Part shown: in pieces, positions 9,277-18,533 of the stretch
How positions within the stretch are numbered: position 1 is the stretch's first letter
How the letters are laid out: each line of letters opens with the position of its first letter
Source of the DNA: Candidatus Hodarchaeota archaeon
GTDB lineage: Archaea; Asgardarchaeota; Heimdallarchaeia; Hodarchaeales; Hodarchaeaceae
Reading direction: 5' to 3'
DNA length: 19,207 nucleotides
Assembly: GCA_016840035.1 (NCBI GenBank)
Contig: JAEOTC010000187.1
Span: 1 to 19,207 of the forward strand
The notes under the pieces: model-generated
Told to the model about the DNA's origin: nothing
Seen by the model: the letters and a program-made list of their open reading frames with translations, nothing else
Database searches by the model: none
Program-made: the position numbers and the translations under genes

Positions 9277-9320
9277 TCCCCGACATAGAAATGTGAAAAT
9301 GTTCAGTCCTGCCGTTAAAA
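9277..9320 (+). repeat. Structured intergenic element, remnant R7
   Basis: Collapsed blocks (A)TCCC, CGACAT and ATGTGAAAATGTTCAGTCCT..CGTT directly after the GYD stop. Confidence 0.5.
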
Positions 9321-9427
9321 GGATTTCCGAGAAGATTATTTAGACTGAAGAATAACCCTCTAAGGAATATAAAGCCAGAAGTTACCTTTAAAAGGATTAA
9401 TTCAGACTAATTTACTTGAGAAAGAGA

Positions 9428-9577
9428 ATGTTTAGGAAAAGGTCTCCTTTTATTCGGAAACCAAAGAAAGGAGATATTGATAAAGAAGTTATAGAGCAGA
9501 TTGAAGACACCAAACGCAAGATGAAGGAAAAAATCCCTCGTACTTCCAAGGAAAAGGAACAAGAAGAATCTGAATAA
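9428..9577 (+). CDS. Small charged hypothetical protein (49 aa)
   Basis: Manual translation MFRKRSPFIRKPKKGDIDKEVIEQIEDTKRKMKEKIPRTSKEKEQEESE. Purine-rich coding-like strand, below the ORF-track cutoff. Confidence 0.45.
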   Translation: MFRKRSPFIRKPKKGDIDKEVIEQIEDTKRKMKEKIPRTSKEKEQEESE

Positions 9578-9625
9578 GGAAATTGGAGAGATTTCGTCTC
9601 CTATTACTTTCTTGTTTACTCATCG

Positions 9626-11554
9626 TTGTTTAAGTTGCTATCAATTATGAGAACCAATTTTCCAACTGGTACACAGCTTAAATTAGTAGTTGCAGCCGTT
9701 GTCCTTGTTTTCTCCATATTAGCTATCACCATAGAATTCATTCCCTTCAAATCCGATAATTTCGTTTTGTCTGAACCTGATTTGACTGGTCATCTCCCCT
9801 TAAGTGCTGCTATTCATCAATCAAAGATAACTACAGATTTATATCCTCACGATCTAAGTGTTGAAGAGCTATCTCAGCTCCTGTGGGCATTACAAGGTAC
9901 CACTCATGGTCCAGGGTTTCGAACCGTTCCTTCTGCAGGTGCAACCTATCCGTTAAAGATTTTTGTTCAACATAATGGAAGTTCTTCTCTCAGTCGCGGA
10001 TATTACAGCTACAATTCCGATGCACACGAATTAAAGTTACATTTTTCTATTATTAACAAATCTCTATTAGTTCCTACTCTTTTACCTGAGGATCAAAGCT
10101 CTATTGCGAATATTACGAATATCTTCTACGTTTTTGCAGATTTTAATCGAACTACAGATCGCTATGGCACAAGAGGAATTCAGTATGTCCATTTAGAGGT
10201 AGGTCATGCTCTTCAAAATTTCCTTCTCCAACTTACCTCTTTGAATTTAAACACCTGGGTAATTTCAGATTTTAATACGACACAAGTTAAAGCATTGCTT
10301 CACACATCATTACAACCTCTTCTTATATTGCCTGTTGGTCAAGATCAGGGTAATTTAAAGAGGTTTTCGAAATTAGACGTTCGATCCGTGATAACTACAG
10401 AAGAAATGACTGTAGAGCAAGCTATTGCGAAACGTAAATCCACTCGAGACTATGTTAGTGGATTAGTTCCCTTTTCGATTCTTAGGGATATCTTGAATGA
10501 TTGTATAGATATTGCTTTTCCTATAGAAAATGTATCCATTATCGATCTTCGTCTAGTTGTTGGTAAAGTAAACGGATTATCTATGGGCATGTATTCTTAC
10601 TCCTTGATTAATCGTTCTCTTAAGCAGTTTCACGAGGGAGATGTACGTAATTCCTTGAGAAAAGTAGCATTAGATCAATCTTGGGTTGAATCTGCTCAAC
10701 TCAGTCTAATTATATCTGCTAATATGACTTGGATGGATCAACAATCTGATCCTAATCTTTCATATCGGAGATTGATGTCGAATATCGGGATGATCGCCCA
10801 AAATATTTATCTTAAATGTGCTGCTCATTCTCTGGGCACCGTAGTTATCGGTGCGTTTAGTGACGGGGATGTTGCTCAGTTATTAGAGATTCCTAACTCA
10901 CATACTCCTTTTTATATTCTTCCAGTTGGATTAATCCCAGCGTTTTTTGATAAAGAAACTGGCCCCTTTGGCTCTTTGTCTGAAATTGGCCATTATATCG
11001 GATTATTTTCCTTCGTTTTATTCTATACTAGCTTTTACCTGACCCTCCCTGTATTGAAACGACGGTTAAGACGGCAAGTTTTATGGTCTCATTACTTTTC
11101 TGGCTCCCTCCTCGCAATATCTAGTGTATTTCATTACATGGTTTTGCACGGCCATGTAAAATCTATTTCGGAGTTCTCAGATGTTACTATTTATATATCA
11201 GCTGTTGTTGATTTTCCAAGCGTATTTTTTGCTTTTCCTACAACCCGTTATGATGTGGGCCAATTTCTTGCAACACTTGGTTTCATTTCTGGGACGATTT
11301 TTACTGTTTCTGGTTTTTTTATGGTCTTAGAAGTTGGCTCTTATCGAAGAATCCTGCGTACTATTCACAAATATTCTGTTTTCACTACTCTTATTTTCAT
11401 TATAATCCATAATCTATTTAATGGAACCTTTCTTGTGATCAAACCTCATATATTCCTTTATCTAAATATTTTATTTTTTACTTTGTATTTCTTCATTCAC
11501 AATTCTTTCGAGGAGCTGAGACAATATCGAAAACACCTCGGTTCTGCTAATTGA
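9626..11554 (+). CDS. Tandem SagB/ThcOx-family nitroreductase domains fused to a C-terminal cytochrome-b-like membrane domain
   Basis: ELSQLLWALQG, RTVPSAGATYPL, RYGTRGIQYVHLEVGHALQN. Second domain AKRKSTRDY..AQNIYL..LGTVVIGAF. C-terminal TMs with two H-x13-H motifs. Start may be ATG 9647. Confidence 0.88.
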   Translation: MFKLLSIMRTNFPTGTQLKLVVAAVVLVFSILAITIEFIPFKSDNFVLSEPDLTGHLPLSAAIHQSKITTDLYPHDLSVEELSQLLWALQGTTHGPGFRTVPSAGATYPLKIFVQHNGSSSLSRGYYSYNSDAHELKLHFSIINKSLLVPTLLPEDQSSIANITNIFYVFADFNRTTDRYGTRGIQYVHLEVGHALQNFLLQLTSLNLNTWVISDFNTTQVKALLHTSLQPLLILPVGQDQGNLKRFSKLDVRSVITTEEMTVEQAIAKRKSTRDYVSGLVPFSILRDILNDCIDIAFPIENVSIIDLRLVVGKVNGLSMGMYSYSLINRSLKQFHEGDVRNSLRKVALDQSWVESAQLSLIISANMTWMDQQSDPNLSYRRLMSNIGMIAQNIYLKCAAHSLGTVVIGAFSDGDVAQLLEIPNSHTPFYILPVGLIPAFFDKETGPFGSLSEIGHYIGLFSFVLFYTSFYLTLPVLKRRLRRQVLWSHYFSGSLLAISSVFHYMVLHGHVKSISEFSDVTIYISAVVDFPSVFFAFPTTRYDVGQFLATLGFISGTIFTVSGFFMVLEVGSYRRILRTIHKYSVFTTLIFIIIHNLFNGTFLVIKPHIFLYLNILFFTLYFFIHNSFEELRQYRKHLGSAN

Positions 11555-11656
11555 AACAAGTTTATTGAAGAAATATTTTTGTCCAAATATTCCAAGGGAG
11601 AACCTAGAAAAGACGAATCTATTTTACCATCTGTTTAAAAGCCATGGGGATTGGCG

Positions 11657-11920
11657 ACGATAACCATGAGATGGTAACCGAGTGCTGGGATCATTCTTGA
11701 AAGCTATCCGTTGATAGAGGAGTTTTCTTAACAGAAATACGCGTGGGGGTCTGTCGACATGTTCAGGGTAGTTTAACTCACTCCCACTACTCACACACGG
11801 AGTACTAATGACATTTTAATGTGGAAATTGTCAGTCCTCTCGTTTCCTAGAAGTAATAGCTTATAGGAATCTAATAGCGTGTGTTCGTGAGTTTTCTGGT
11901 CTTATGCCTACTGGTTAACT
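11657..11920 (+). repeat. Structured intergenic element, copy R8 (full length)
   Basis: ACGATAACCATGAGATGGTAACCGAGTGCTGGGAT..ATCCGTTGATAGAGGAG..ACGCGTGG..GTGGAAA..TCCTCTCG..TCTGGTCTTATG. Confidence 0.93.
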
Positions 11921-12002
11921 TTTATTTTTTCTAAGAGTCTCCCACTATTAAGAGTTAGAAATATCCTACTGGAATCGTTCTTTAGTAAGCGTAATCAGCT
12001 TC

Positions 12003-12518
12003 CTAATGCTCGGGTTTGGAGGAAGGGAAATTTGGAGTTAAAGTTGCCAGTAACTCTTCTGGGTTGGGATTCGATAGTAATTGGTTTTTCGCTTGACTTA
12101 CTCTCTGACGTCTGGCTTCCCAATATTTCATGGACTCCACGTCCTCCTCCTCTACTTTTTCTCCCTTGCTTACTTGAGTGTTTATTTTAGTGTAAATTCC
12201 TGATAATTTTTGATTAATTTGGTTTTCTAAGTGTATCAAATACTCCTGAAAGCACTCAGAAATTGTTGGATCGGATTCAAAATAGCTTAAAATGTGTTTT
12301 AATATTTCCTGTTGAGGTTTTTGAATGACTTGCCATAAAAGCCGGGATAACGGATTAATTTCGAAATATAATGGTTTTAATGCCTCCATTAGCTTGTTTA
12401 ACTGCGAGGCATCCAGTCTTGTCCTCCCTGACGTTGTCTGCACAATCACGCTGTCCTTGGCCTCATTTACTTCCATGGTTATATGTTCTGTTAATTCCAT
12501 TATGCAAGCCTCATTCAT
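12003..12518 (-). CDS. Hypothetical protein (171 aa, helical/coiled C-terminal half)
   Basis: ORF with normal composition, bounded by repeats R8 and R9. No recognisable motif. Confidence 0.75.
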   Translation of the reverse strand: MNEACIMELTEHITMEVNEAKDSVIVQTTSGRTRLDASQLNKLMEALKPLYFEINPLSRLLWQVIQKPQQEILKHILSYFESDPTISECFQEYLIHLENQINQKLSGIYTKINTQVSKGEKVEEEDVESMKYWEARRQRVSQAKNQLLSNPNPEELLATLTPNFPSSKPEH

Positions 12519-12574
12519 CTTAGACCTAGAGTGCAGTCAGGCTTTAAGATTTTCTTATCTAGGTATGTAACTCG

Positions 12575-12685
12575 GGGAATTATCCCTAGCATTGGTCAGG
12601 CCTTTCGCTTTCTCAAAGAAATAGCCTCAAGGAGTCGTCAAAAGTGTTTTCGTGAGTCTTCTAGTCTTATGTCTGAAGGTTTCTT
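12575..12685 (+). repeat. Structured intergenic element, copy R9 (3' half)
   Basis: GGTCAGGCCTTTCG..AGAAATAGCCTCAAGGAGTCGT..TTCGTGAGTCTTCTAGTCTTATGTCTG, preceded by a mini GGGA-ATTA-TCCC hairpin. Confidence 0.88.
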
Positions 12686-12718
12686 ATTTCACAAGTTCGT
12701 TTCTACAATCATAATCAC

Positions 12719-13780
12719 TTAGGAAATCCATTCCGATGATCTGGAAATTAACCATCGAAGTTGAAAATCCGTGGCTATTAAGCTAATCTGATATACTGTC
12801 ACTCCCCATGCATCTAACGCCATACTAAATGAATCTATCATGATTTTTTGAAATATTACCCAGCCTGCTGTGATATTAGCTTCAGCTAGAGGTCCTGTTG
12901 TTAGCCAACTGTAACTAGGACTAAGTCCGTCTTCTAGTATTCCATTTAGCCCTGTTCCTATGTATTTTGTCCAGTCGCTTCTAATGGATAAGTATGTGTA
13001 ATTCATTTCCTCAAAGGGGACTGCCCATGCGATATAGATTATGGAGATCCGTGGTTGTCCTCGATACTCGGTATAATATTTTATCGAAGTAGTATTGATA
13101 ATTGCGCGAGTTACCCCCCCATAGCTCGGAATTGTCCAATCTACATATGAATTTTCCGTTCCTGCAAGTGATCTTGCTTCTTCTATCAAATTCGAATTTT
13201 CCAGATTTTCGATGGCAGCTAATCCTCCCTCCGCAGTTGTATTTCGGAGTACTTTCTTATCATAGAAGTGGAAAGAAAACTCTTTTGATCGCCCGATCGT
13301 GTTGTTAAGATAACAAGAGGAAAGTTCAAGAGATCCCCATGTACCCGCCATACTCTTCGGCCAGGACCACTGATTATAGGTAATGAGCAAATAAGCGATC
13401 CCTGAAGCATTGGTTGTTACGCTTAACCCTAGTTTTTTTGTTAAATTAAATTCCTCTGACCATTGGCTGAACCATGAATATATGATTCCAAGGGTTAAGT
13501 TGATGAATATTCCTGGCCGTCCTTGTGCATCTCTTAAACCAGCAATGATTTCCATTTGATCCTCGTGTCGAAAGAATGATCCGCTACTATTGAGGTTTTT
13601 GACATGAATATGTTCTGAAGTATTTGTTTTCGGATTATAGAATGAGGCGGTATTTAAATCAAATACTATTTCTTCTTCGGGCTCTTTTTTTGGAAGTTGA
13701 ATACATCCACTAAGGAGGAGAATCAGACTCGTGCTTAGGACGAACAATAGTCTATAATATTCTCTTGATCCCCGATTCAT
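12719..13780 (-). CDS. Putative lipoprotein of unknown function
   Basis: Hydrophobic signal with lipobox LLLSG-C. Several NxS/T sequons. Confidence 0.82.
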   Translation of the reverse strand: MNRGSREYYRLLFVLSTSLILLLSGCIQLPKKEPEEEIVFDLNTASFYNPKTNTSEHIHVKNLNSSGSFFRHEDQMEIIAGLRDAQGRPGIFINLTLGIIYSWFSQWSEEFNLTKKLGLSVTTNASGIAYLLITYNQWSWPKSMAGTWGSLELSSCYLNNTIGRSKEFSFHFYDKKVLRNTTAEGGLAAIENLENSNLIEEARSLAGTENSYVDWTIPSYGGVTRAIINTTSIKYYTEYRGQPRISIIYIAWAVPFEEMNYTYLSIRSDWTKYIGTGLNGILEDGLSPSYSWLTTGPLAEANITAGWVIFQKIMIDSFSMALDAWGVTVYQISLIATDFQLRWLISRSSEWIS

Positions 13781-14084
13781 TATGTGATCATCCTAAGTGG
13801 ATCTCTTTTAAGCAATTCATCCTTCTTGCTTGTTGAAAGAAAGAATTGGCTAATATTCACTTCGTCTCAATATAAATACTTATCTTTAGATGGTTCACAC
13901 TTTCTTCTCTAATCTGATTTTAGGGAGTAATTTTCGAAGCTGGCTTTCGTCAAACAATTATTTACCACATTTTATCCTTCAAAAAACTTGAGAAAATTGG
14001 ATGTATTCCAATCGCAGATTCTTAAGATTTTATGATAGTTTTTTATATCTTCGTGGAATTTAAACCCACTTGAGGTAATTTCGA

Positions 14085-14975
14085 TTGAAAATTAAAGCAG
14101 TAAAAGTCATCAGTTTCTCCCCAACTGGGGGTTCAAGAAAGGTGGCTGAAACTATCGCCAAAGGTATCCAAGCCCCCATAGAATATGTCGATTTGACCCC
14201 ACCAAGTGCACGAACCGAAAATTTTCCAAAATTCACCGATGAACTCGCCATTATTTCCGTGCCCGTCTATGCAGGACGTGTACCTACCGAAGCTGCCTAT
14301 CGGATACGCAGGTTGACAAGTAACCGGGAACCCTACGGTGCTAAACGTCCACATAAAATTCCCACCGTCATTGTGGTCACCTACGGAAACCGAGCCTACG
14401 AGGATGCACTATATGAATTAGGTGACATCGTTTCGGAAGTAGGATTCCAACCCATCGCTGCTGGCGTCTTCTTATGTGAACATTCATTTAGTGTCCCTGA
14501 GGTGCCAACCGCGCATGGACGACCAGACACAAAGGATCTTGCAAAAGCAGAAGCCTTTGGAAAACAGGTCCGGGCCAAGTATGCGAAGACTGATACGATT
14601 GAGAACCTCTCCCCCGTAACTCCGCCTGGAACAAGCCCATACTCGTTATCAATGAAGGCTAATCTCACCTGGTACGACTACAGCGAATTAGCTACTCCTT
14701 ATACCAACGAAGACCAATGTACGAAATGCAGATCTTGTGTTGATGTATGCCCTACTGCCGCGATTCGAATCCAACATGTATCATCCAATCCCTCACCAAT
14801 GATTGGTTACAATCTTCGGTTGATTTCTACCGACCACAATGCATGTATCTGGTGTTGTGCCTGCGTCAAAAACTGTCCCACTGGTGCACGCGTTATGAGT
14901 CGCCGCATCCTCAAATCACAAAGCGACCTGAATAAAGGCTACTCAGACAGAAAGGAGCCTGAAACCTACATCTAG
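14085..14975 (+). CDS. Flavodoxin-like plus 2x[4Fe-4S] ferredoxin protein (EFR1-like)
   Basis: FSPTGGS, PVYAGRVP, YGNRAYEDAL, EHSF, GRPD, then CTKCRSCVDVCP and CIWCCACVKNCP. RBS GAGGT before the TTG start. Confidence 0.92.
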   Translation: MKIKAVKVISFSPTGGSRKVAETIAKGIQAPIEYVDLTPPSARTENFPKFTDELAIISVPVYAGRVPTEAAYRIRRLTSNREPYGAKRPHKIPTVIVVTYGNRAYEDALYELGDIVSEVGFQPIAAGVFLCEHSFSVPEVPTAHGRPDTKDLAKAEAFGKQVRAKYAKTDTIENLSPVTPPGTSPYSLSMKANLTWYDYSELATPYTNEDQCTKCRSCVDVCPTAAIRIQHVSSNPSPMIGYNLRLISTDHNACIWCCACVKNCPTGARVMSRRILKSQSDLNKGYSDRKEPETYI

Positions 14976-15021
14976 CCTATCACCCATGCACATTCCAAGA
15001 AAATAAAAAGTGGGCACTAAA

Positions 15022-15035
15022 TCTGGTGGTCACTT
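15022..15035 (+). repeat. 3'-terminal block of the intergenic element, remnant R10
   Basis: TCTGGTGGTCACTT, identical to the end of R4 (6333-6346). Confidence 0.6.
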
Positions 15036-15160
15036 CTTTCCAAGATTTCTCCTATCGAAATTCCACTTCACCAAGTTTCAATATTGAGAGCTCTCTCTAT
15101 GAACTTCGCTAGAAGGTCAAGGAATGGTGTTTTTTAAAGATTAAAAAAAAAGGATAAATT

Positions 15161-15475
15161 ATGGATTCAGAAAATAGTTCAGCTCTCATCGCGTATGAAA
15201 AGAGAATAGAAAATTATAGAAACTCGTTTGATAACCGTGTCATGAATATTGTAATACTAGTGATTGTAGAAGTACTCAATATCATGTTTACAATACTCTT
15301 CAGCATGTTAGAATGGCCCGAGCTGGAGGGGGTATGCCTATTGTTAACATTCATACTTTCAACGGTATTCATTTTTCTTCTGGCTGATACCGTATTTTCT
15401 TTAATACCAAAGCGGCTACAAGCCACTGAAGAGATGATTAGAGTCATGTTTGAAGAAAAGGGAAAATTAGCGTGA
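15161..15475 (+). CDS. Small two-TM membrane protein
   Basis: ATG start, two hydrophobic segments, flanked by R10 and R11. Confidence 0.75.
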   Translation: MDSENSSALIAYEKRIENYRNSFDNRVMNIVILVIVEVLNIMFTILFSMLEWPELEGVCLLLTFILSTVFIFLLADTVFSLIPKRLQATEEMIRVMFEEKGKLA

Positions 15476-15500
15476 GGTATATCACTAAGATTAGCTTATT

Positions 15501-15590
15501 CGTCCTCTCGTGTTTCATTAATCCTCTCAATTTCTTTAAGTATTCAGTAAGGAGTCGTAAACATGAGTTTGTGATGAGTACTGGTCTTAA
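15501..15590 (+). repeat. Structured intergenic element, copy R11 (degenerate 3' half)
   Basis: GTCCTCTCGT..AAGGAGTCGTAAAC..CTGGTCTTA. Confidence 0.75.
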
Positions 15591-15649
15591 CTTTCCAATT
15601 AACGTGTAAAACTAGGTAGGGGAATCACTCCAAAGAATTAAGGTTAGTG

Positions 15650-15698
15650 AAAAACTTTATATATAGAGTTAACTATTTTTGGTTACTATGGTAACCAA
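15650..15698 (+). promoter_or_regulatory. TATA promoter and palindromic operator of the HTH operon
   Basis: AAAAACTTTATATA, then perfect inverted repeat TTGGTTAC-TATG-GTAACCAA (15679-15698) centred on ATG 15688. Confidence 0.65.
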
Positions 15699-16164
15699 TC
15701 TTGGTAAATATCATCCTCTCAAATATCCCACATTAATCCAGGTGGAGATCTGGTTTCTGAAGAGAAACGCTATTTCGGGGAGAAAAATCGCTAAGGAACG
15801 TGGGGTTACCCCTGCTTTTATTAGTAAGACCTTAAAAGAAGCCAATAAACGAATCAAAATACTTTTAAAAAGCACGGCCAAAACCAATAAGATTTCTTTA
15901 GACTTCATCAGTCCAGAACATGGGTTTGCCAAAGGAAGAAGTCATATGTTTGGTATAAAAGCCTATATCACTTTCTCACCTGAAAATGGAATTCAGGTCT
16001 GGTATGTACACAAAGGTAACTGCTCAACGTGTGAAGAATTTTCTCATTGTCGTGATCTCTTAATTAAAGAATTTAAGGAGCGTAACATCAAAATTGACAA
16101 TCCCCAATTAAGACCAACTGATCTTGGGGATATTTTGCTTAAACATTTGGAGGAGTTAGCGTAA
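15688..16164 (+). CDS. Archaeal HTH transcriptional regulator with C-terminal Cys cluster
   Basis: SGRKIAKERGVTPAFISKTL is HTH-like. HxGxCxxCxxxxxC near the C-terminus. ATG 15688 preferred over TTG 15679. Confidence 0.8.
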   Translation: MVTNLGKYHPLKYPTLIQVEIWFLKRNAISGRKIAKERGVTPAFISKTLKEANKRIKILLKSTAKTNKISLDFISPEHGFAKGRSHMFGIKAYITFSPENGIQVWYVHKGNCSTCEEFSHCRDLLIKEFKERNIKIDNPQLRPTDLGDILLKHLEELA

Positions 16165-17588
16165 TGATAAGAACTCCTACAAGAAATAAATATCGTGCAG
16201 GGGGATATTTTCTGCCTGTTTGTATTAAGGCTCCCCCTCAACGTCAAAATTCTCTTTCTACCCTCGGTTCTTTAATTTTAATCTCATTACTTTTAATTCT
16301 AATTTTGGTTCTTCCTTTGGAACAGCATAATTATTCCTCTGAGCAGGTACTTATGCTAGCTCCGTATGTGTATAAAAGTAATTCCACTAGCGATCCCCAT
16401 AGCCTGATCCAAACGACTGATGGTGGGTTTGCTATTTCAGGAGTAATTAATCTCTACAACATTTCATGTGGTCATCGTTTATGGCTCGTTAAAACTGATT
16501 TAAACGGAAGAATAGAATGGCATCGTTCTTTTGGAAGAACTCTCTGTACTCGAACTCCTTTATCTCGTATGTGTGACACCCATTCCGTTGTGATTCAAAC
16601 GACTGATGGTGGTTATGCTCTTGCCTGTGATTTCAATTCTTCTAGTAATTACGGAATCGACTTCTGGTTGTTAAAAACTGACTTTAATGGTCAACCTGAG
16701 TGGAATACCACCGTTGGTGGCAGTAATGATGAGAGATTCTTTTCCTTAATCCAAACTGAAGACGGTGGGTATGCTCTTGCTGGGGATACCCAATCATTTG
16801 GTGTTGGTAAGAAAGACTTTTTCTTGGTGAAACTTGGTCCTACTGGTCGACTTGAATGGAATACATCCTTCGGCGGGAGCTTTGATGAGACTGCTTCTTC
16901 TTTAATCCAGACCCTTGATGGAGGGTATCTACTCGCTGGACAAAAAGCAACTACAGACGTAGGAAATTATGATGGCTGGCTAGTAAAAACAGACCAATAT
17001 GGATTGTATGAATGGGATCTCTCTATGGAGGGGATAGAGTGTGCATACTCTTTAATTCAAACTTTAGAGGGTAATTATGTCTTCTTAGCTCGAGAAAGTA
17101 ATTATTCTCCAGGTTGGTATTTTATGAGGGTTGACAGAGAGGGTCATAATGTATGGGATTTGCCTATACCTGGGGTTGCCGATTCTTCGCTTGTTTCCAT
17201 CATCCAAACTACTAACACTGGATATGCTATTACTGGTACTTATACTTGGCATGACCTCTTCTTGTTGAAAACAAACTCCGTCGGATATATAGAGTGGACC
17301 CGAACCTATGAAAAGGCCCAGCGCGATATTGCAAGCGATTTAATCAAAACGACCGATGATGGATATGCTCTCCTTGGATGGACCGAAGAATGGTCTAGAA
17401 TGTGGTTACTGAAAACTGATTCCCATGGTGTAGCCCAGTGGAATAGAACTGTCGGCAATTATGAGGAATATTATACTTACTTAAGCTCACAATCATCAAG
17501 CTTCCCCGAATTGAACCTCTTCGGTTTTGTTTTTTGGGGAATATTGATTTTTACCTTGATTTACCAGAACAGACGGAAAAGAATGTAA
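16164..17588 (+). CDS. Secreted, membrane-anchored beta-propeller-like repeat protein
   Basis: About 7 repeats of SLIQTxDGGYALAG...WLLKTDxxGxxEWN. N-terminal TM, C-terminal S-rich linker, TM and RRKR. Start overlaps the regulator stop (TAATG). Confidence 0.88.
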   Translation: MIRTPTRNKYRAGGYFLPVCIKAPPQRQNSLSTLGSLILISLLLILILVLPLEQHNYSSEQVLMLAPYVYKSNSTSDPHSLIQTTDGGFAISGVINLYNISCGHRLWLVKTDLNGRIEWHRSFGRTLCTRTPLSRMCDTHSVVIQTTDGGYALACDFNSSSNYGIDFWLLKTDFNGQPEWNTTVGGSNDERFFSLIQTEDGGYALAGDTQSFGVGKKDFFLVKLGPTGRLEWNTSFGGSFDETASSLIQTLDGGYLLAGQKATTDVGNYDGWLVKTDQYGLYEWDLSMEGIECAYSLIQTLEGNYVFLARESNYSPGWYFMRVDREGHNVWDLPIPGVADSSLVSIIQTTNTGYAITGTYTWHDLFLLKTNSVGYIEWTRTYEKAQRDIASDLIKTTDDGYALLGWTEEWSRMWLLKTDSHGVAQWNRTVGNYEEYYTYLSSQSSSFPELNLFGFVFWGILIFTLIYQNRRKRM

Positions 17589-17638
17589 TAGCTTTGAAAG
17601 TCATATCTCTAAGAAAATACATTAGAGGGTGTTAAAAA

Positions 17639-18508
17639 ATGAAATATAAAGTAGAAAAATTAACAGTCCTGATATTGTTACTTCTTCTCCCCTTTTTTTT
17701 GAGGGGAGCTGAGCTTACCCCTGTAACAGGGGCAAATGACCCACCCGGTCCTAATCCGATCCTCTTTCTTCACGGAATGAGTGATAATATGGGTGCTTGG
17801 GGATGGATCCTCCAAAAAATGTTCTACGAGGATGGTTGGCAAAATGCAACCGTATCCACCCCTCATTACGAATATAATTTTCCAAATTCGTCTAGTTGCG
17901 CTGCTCAAGCCAATATCGTAAATGCCAATCACATCAAGCAATGGGTTGAAACGATTTTAGATGAAACGGGTGCAGACAAGGTTGATCTTGTAGCGCATAG
18001 TATGGGAGGCTGGAGTAGTCGTTATTATCTTAAATCTCTCGGTGGAACTGAATATGTTGATGACTTTGTGAGCTTAGGAACTCCCCATGCTTATGATCCC
18101 TGGTCAGTTACCAATTGTGATGGTTTTAGTGACTTTATGTTTGGTTTAAACGATGGAGATGCTTCCCCAGGTGGGATTCTGAATGATACGCTGGGAGAAC
18201 GGGTTGATCCTATGAATACTTCCATTGTCTATTCGGGGGCTCATGTTTCTGGTAACGTAAACTATACCTCGATTTATAGTCGTGAGGATGAATATGTACC
18301 GTATAAATGCAGTTATCTTGATGGAGCTCATAATATTGAAGTTCGAGATTTAACTCATATGCAATTATTGAATGATAGAACTGTGTACAACCTCATTATA
18401 GCGGCTCTAGATGATAGGGTAAGAACTTCAGCAAGTAGCTCTGATTTTCTCTATCTCTTTAGTTCCTTCTTTGTGCTGGTGATTTTTTTCCGAAAAAGGA
18501 CTAGATAA
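17639..18508 (+). CDS. Secreted alpha/beta-hydrolase (lipase/esterase, lipase_2-like) with C-terminal anchor
   Basis: PILFLHG oxyanion motif, VDLVAHSMGG nucleophile elbow, SREDEYV (Asp) and LTHMQLL (His). Signal peptide and TM-RKRTR tail. Confidence 0.92.
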   Translation: MKYKVEKLTVLILLLLLPFFLRGAELTPVTGANDPPGPNPILFLHGMSDNMGAWGWILQKMFYEDGWQNATVSTPHYEYNFPNSSSCAAQANIVNANHIKQWVETILDETGADKVDLVAHSMGGWSSRYYLKSLGGTEYVDDFVSLGTPHAYDPWSVTNCDGFSDFMFGLNDGDASPGGILNDTLGERVDPMNTSIVYSGAHVSGNVNYTSIYSREDEYVPYKCSYLDGAHNIEVRDLTHMQLLNDRTVYNLIIAALDDRVRTSASSSDFLYLFSSFFVLVIFFRKRTR

Positions 18509-18533
18509 GACATCCCGTGTTCTCATGCAGGTT

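Noticed and set aside
11560-11656. Possible further 5' extension of the element (weak similarity to 430-510 and AGGGAGAA at ~6080)
   Set aside because: The similarity is too weak to support by eye and needs a profile alignment.
1983-12722. Element as a repeated protein-coding gene (ORFs 1983-2171, 6252-6437, 12531-12722)
   Set aside because: The copies differ by frame-breaking indels and stops on both strands. Conservation follows blocks and hairpins, not codons.
13781-14084. Expected element copy in the divergent intergenic gap
   Set aside because: None of the conserved blocks could be found. It looks like an ordinary divergent promoter region.
2539-18331. Short antisense or alternative-frame ORFs nested in long genes (e.g. 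2539-2814, 3418-3708, 5600-5851, 12325-12570, 14133-14668, 15214-15447, 17678-17941)
   Set aside because: They are shadows of well-supported CDSs and carry no motifs.
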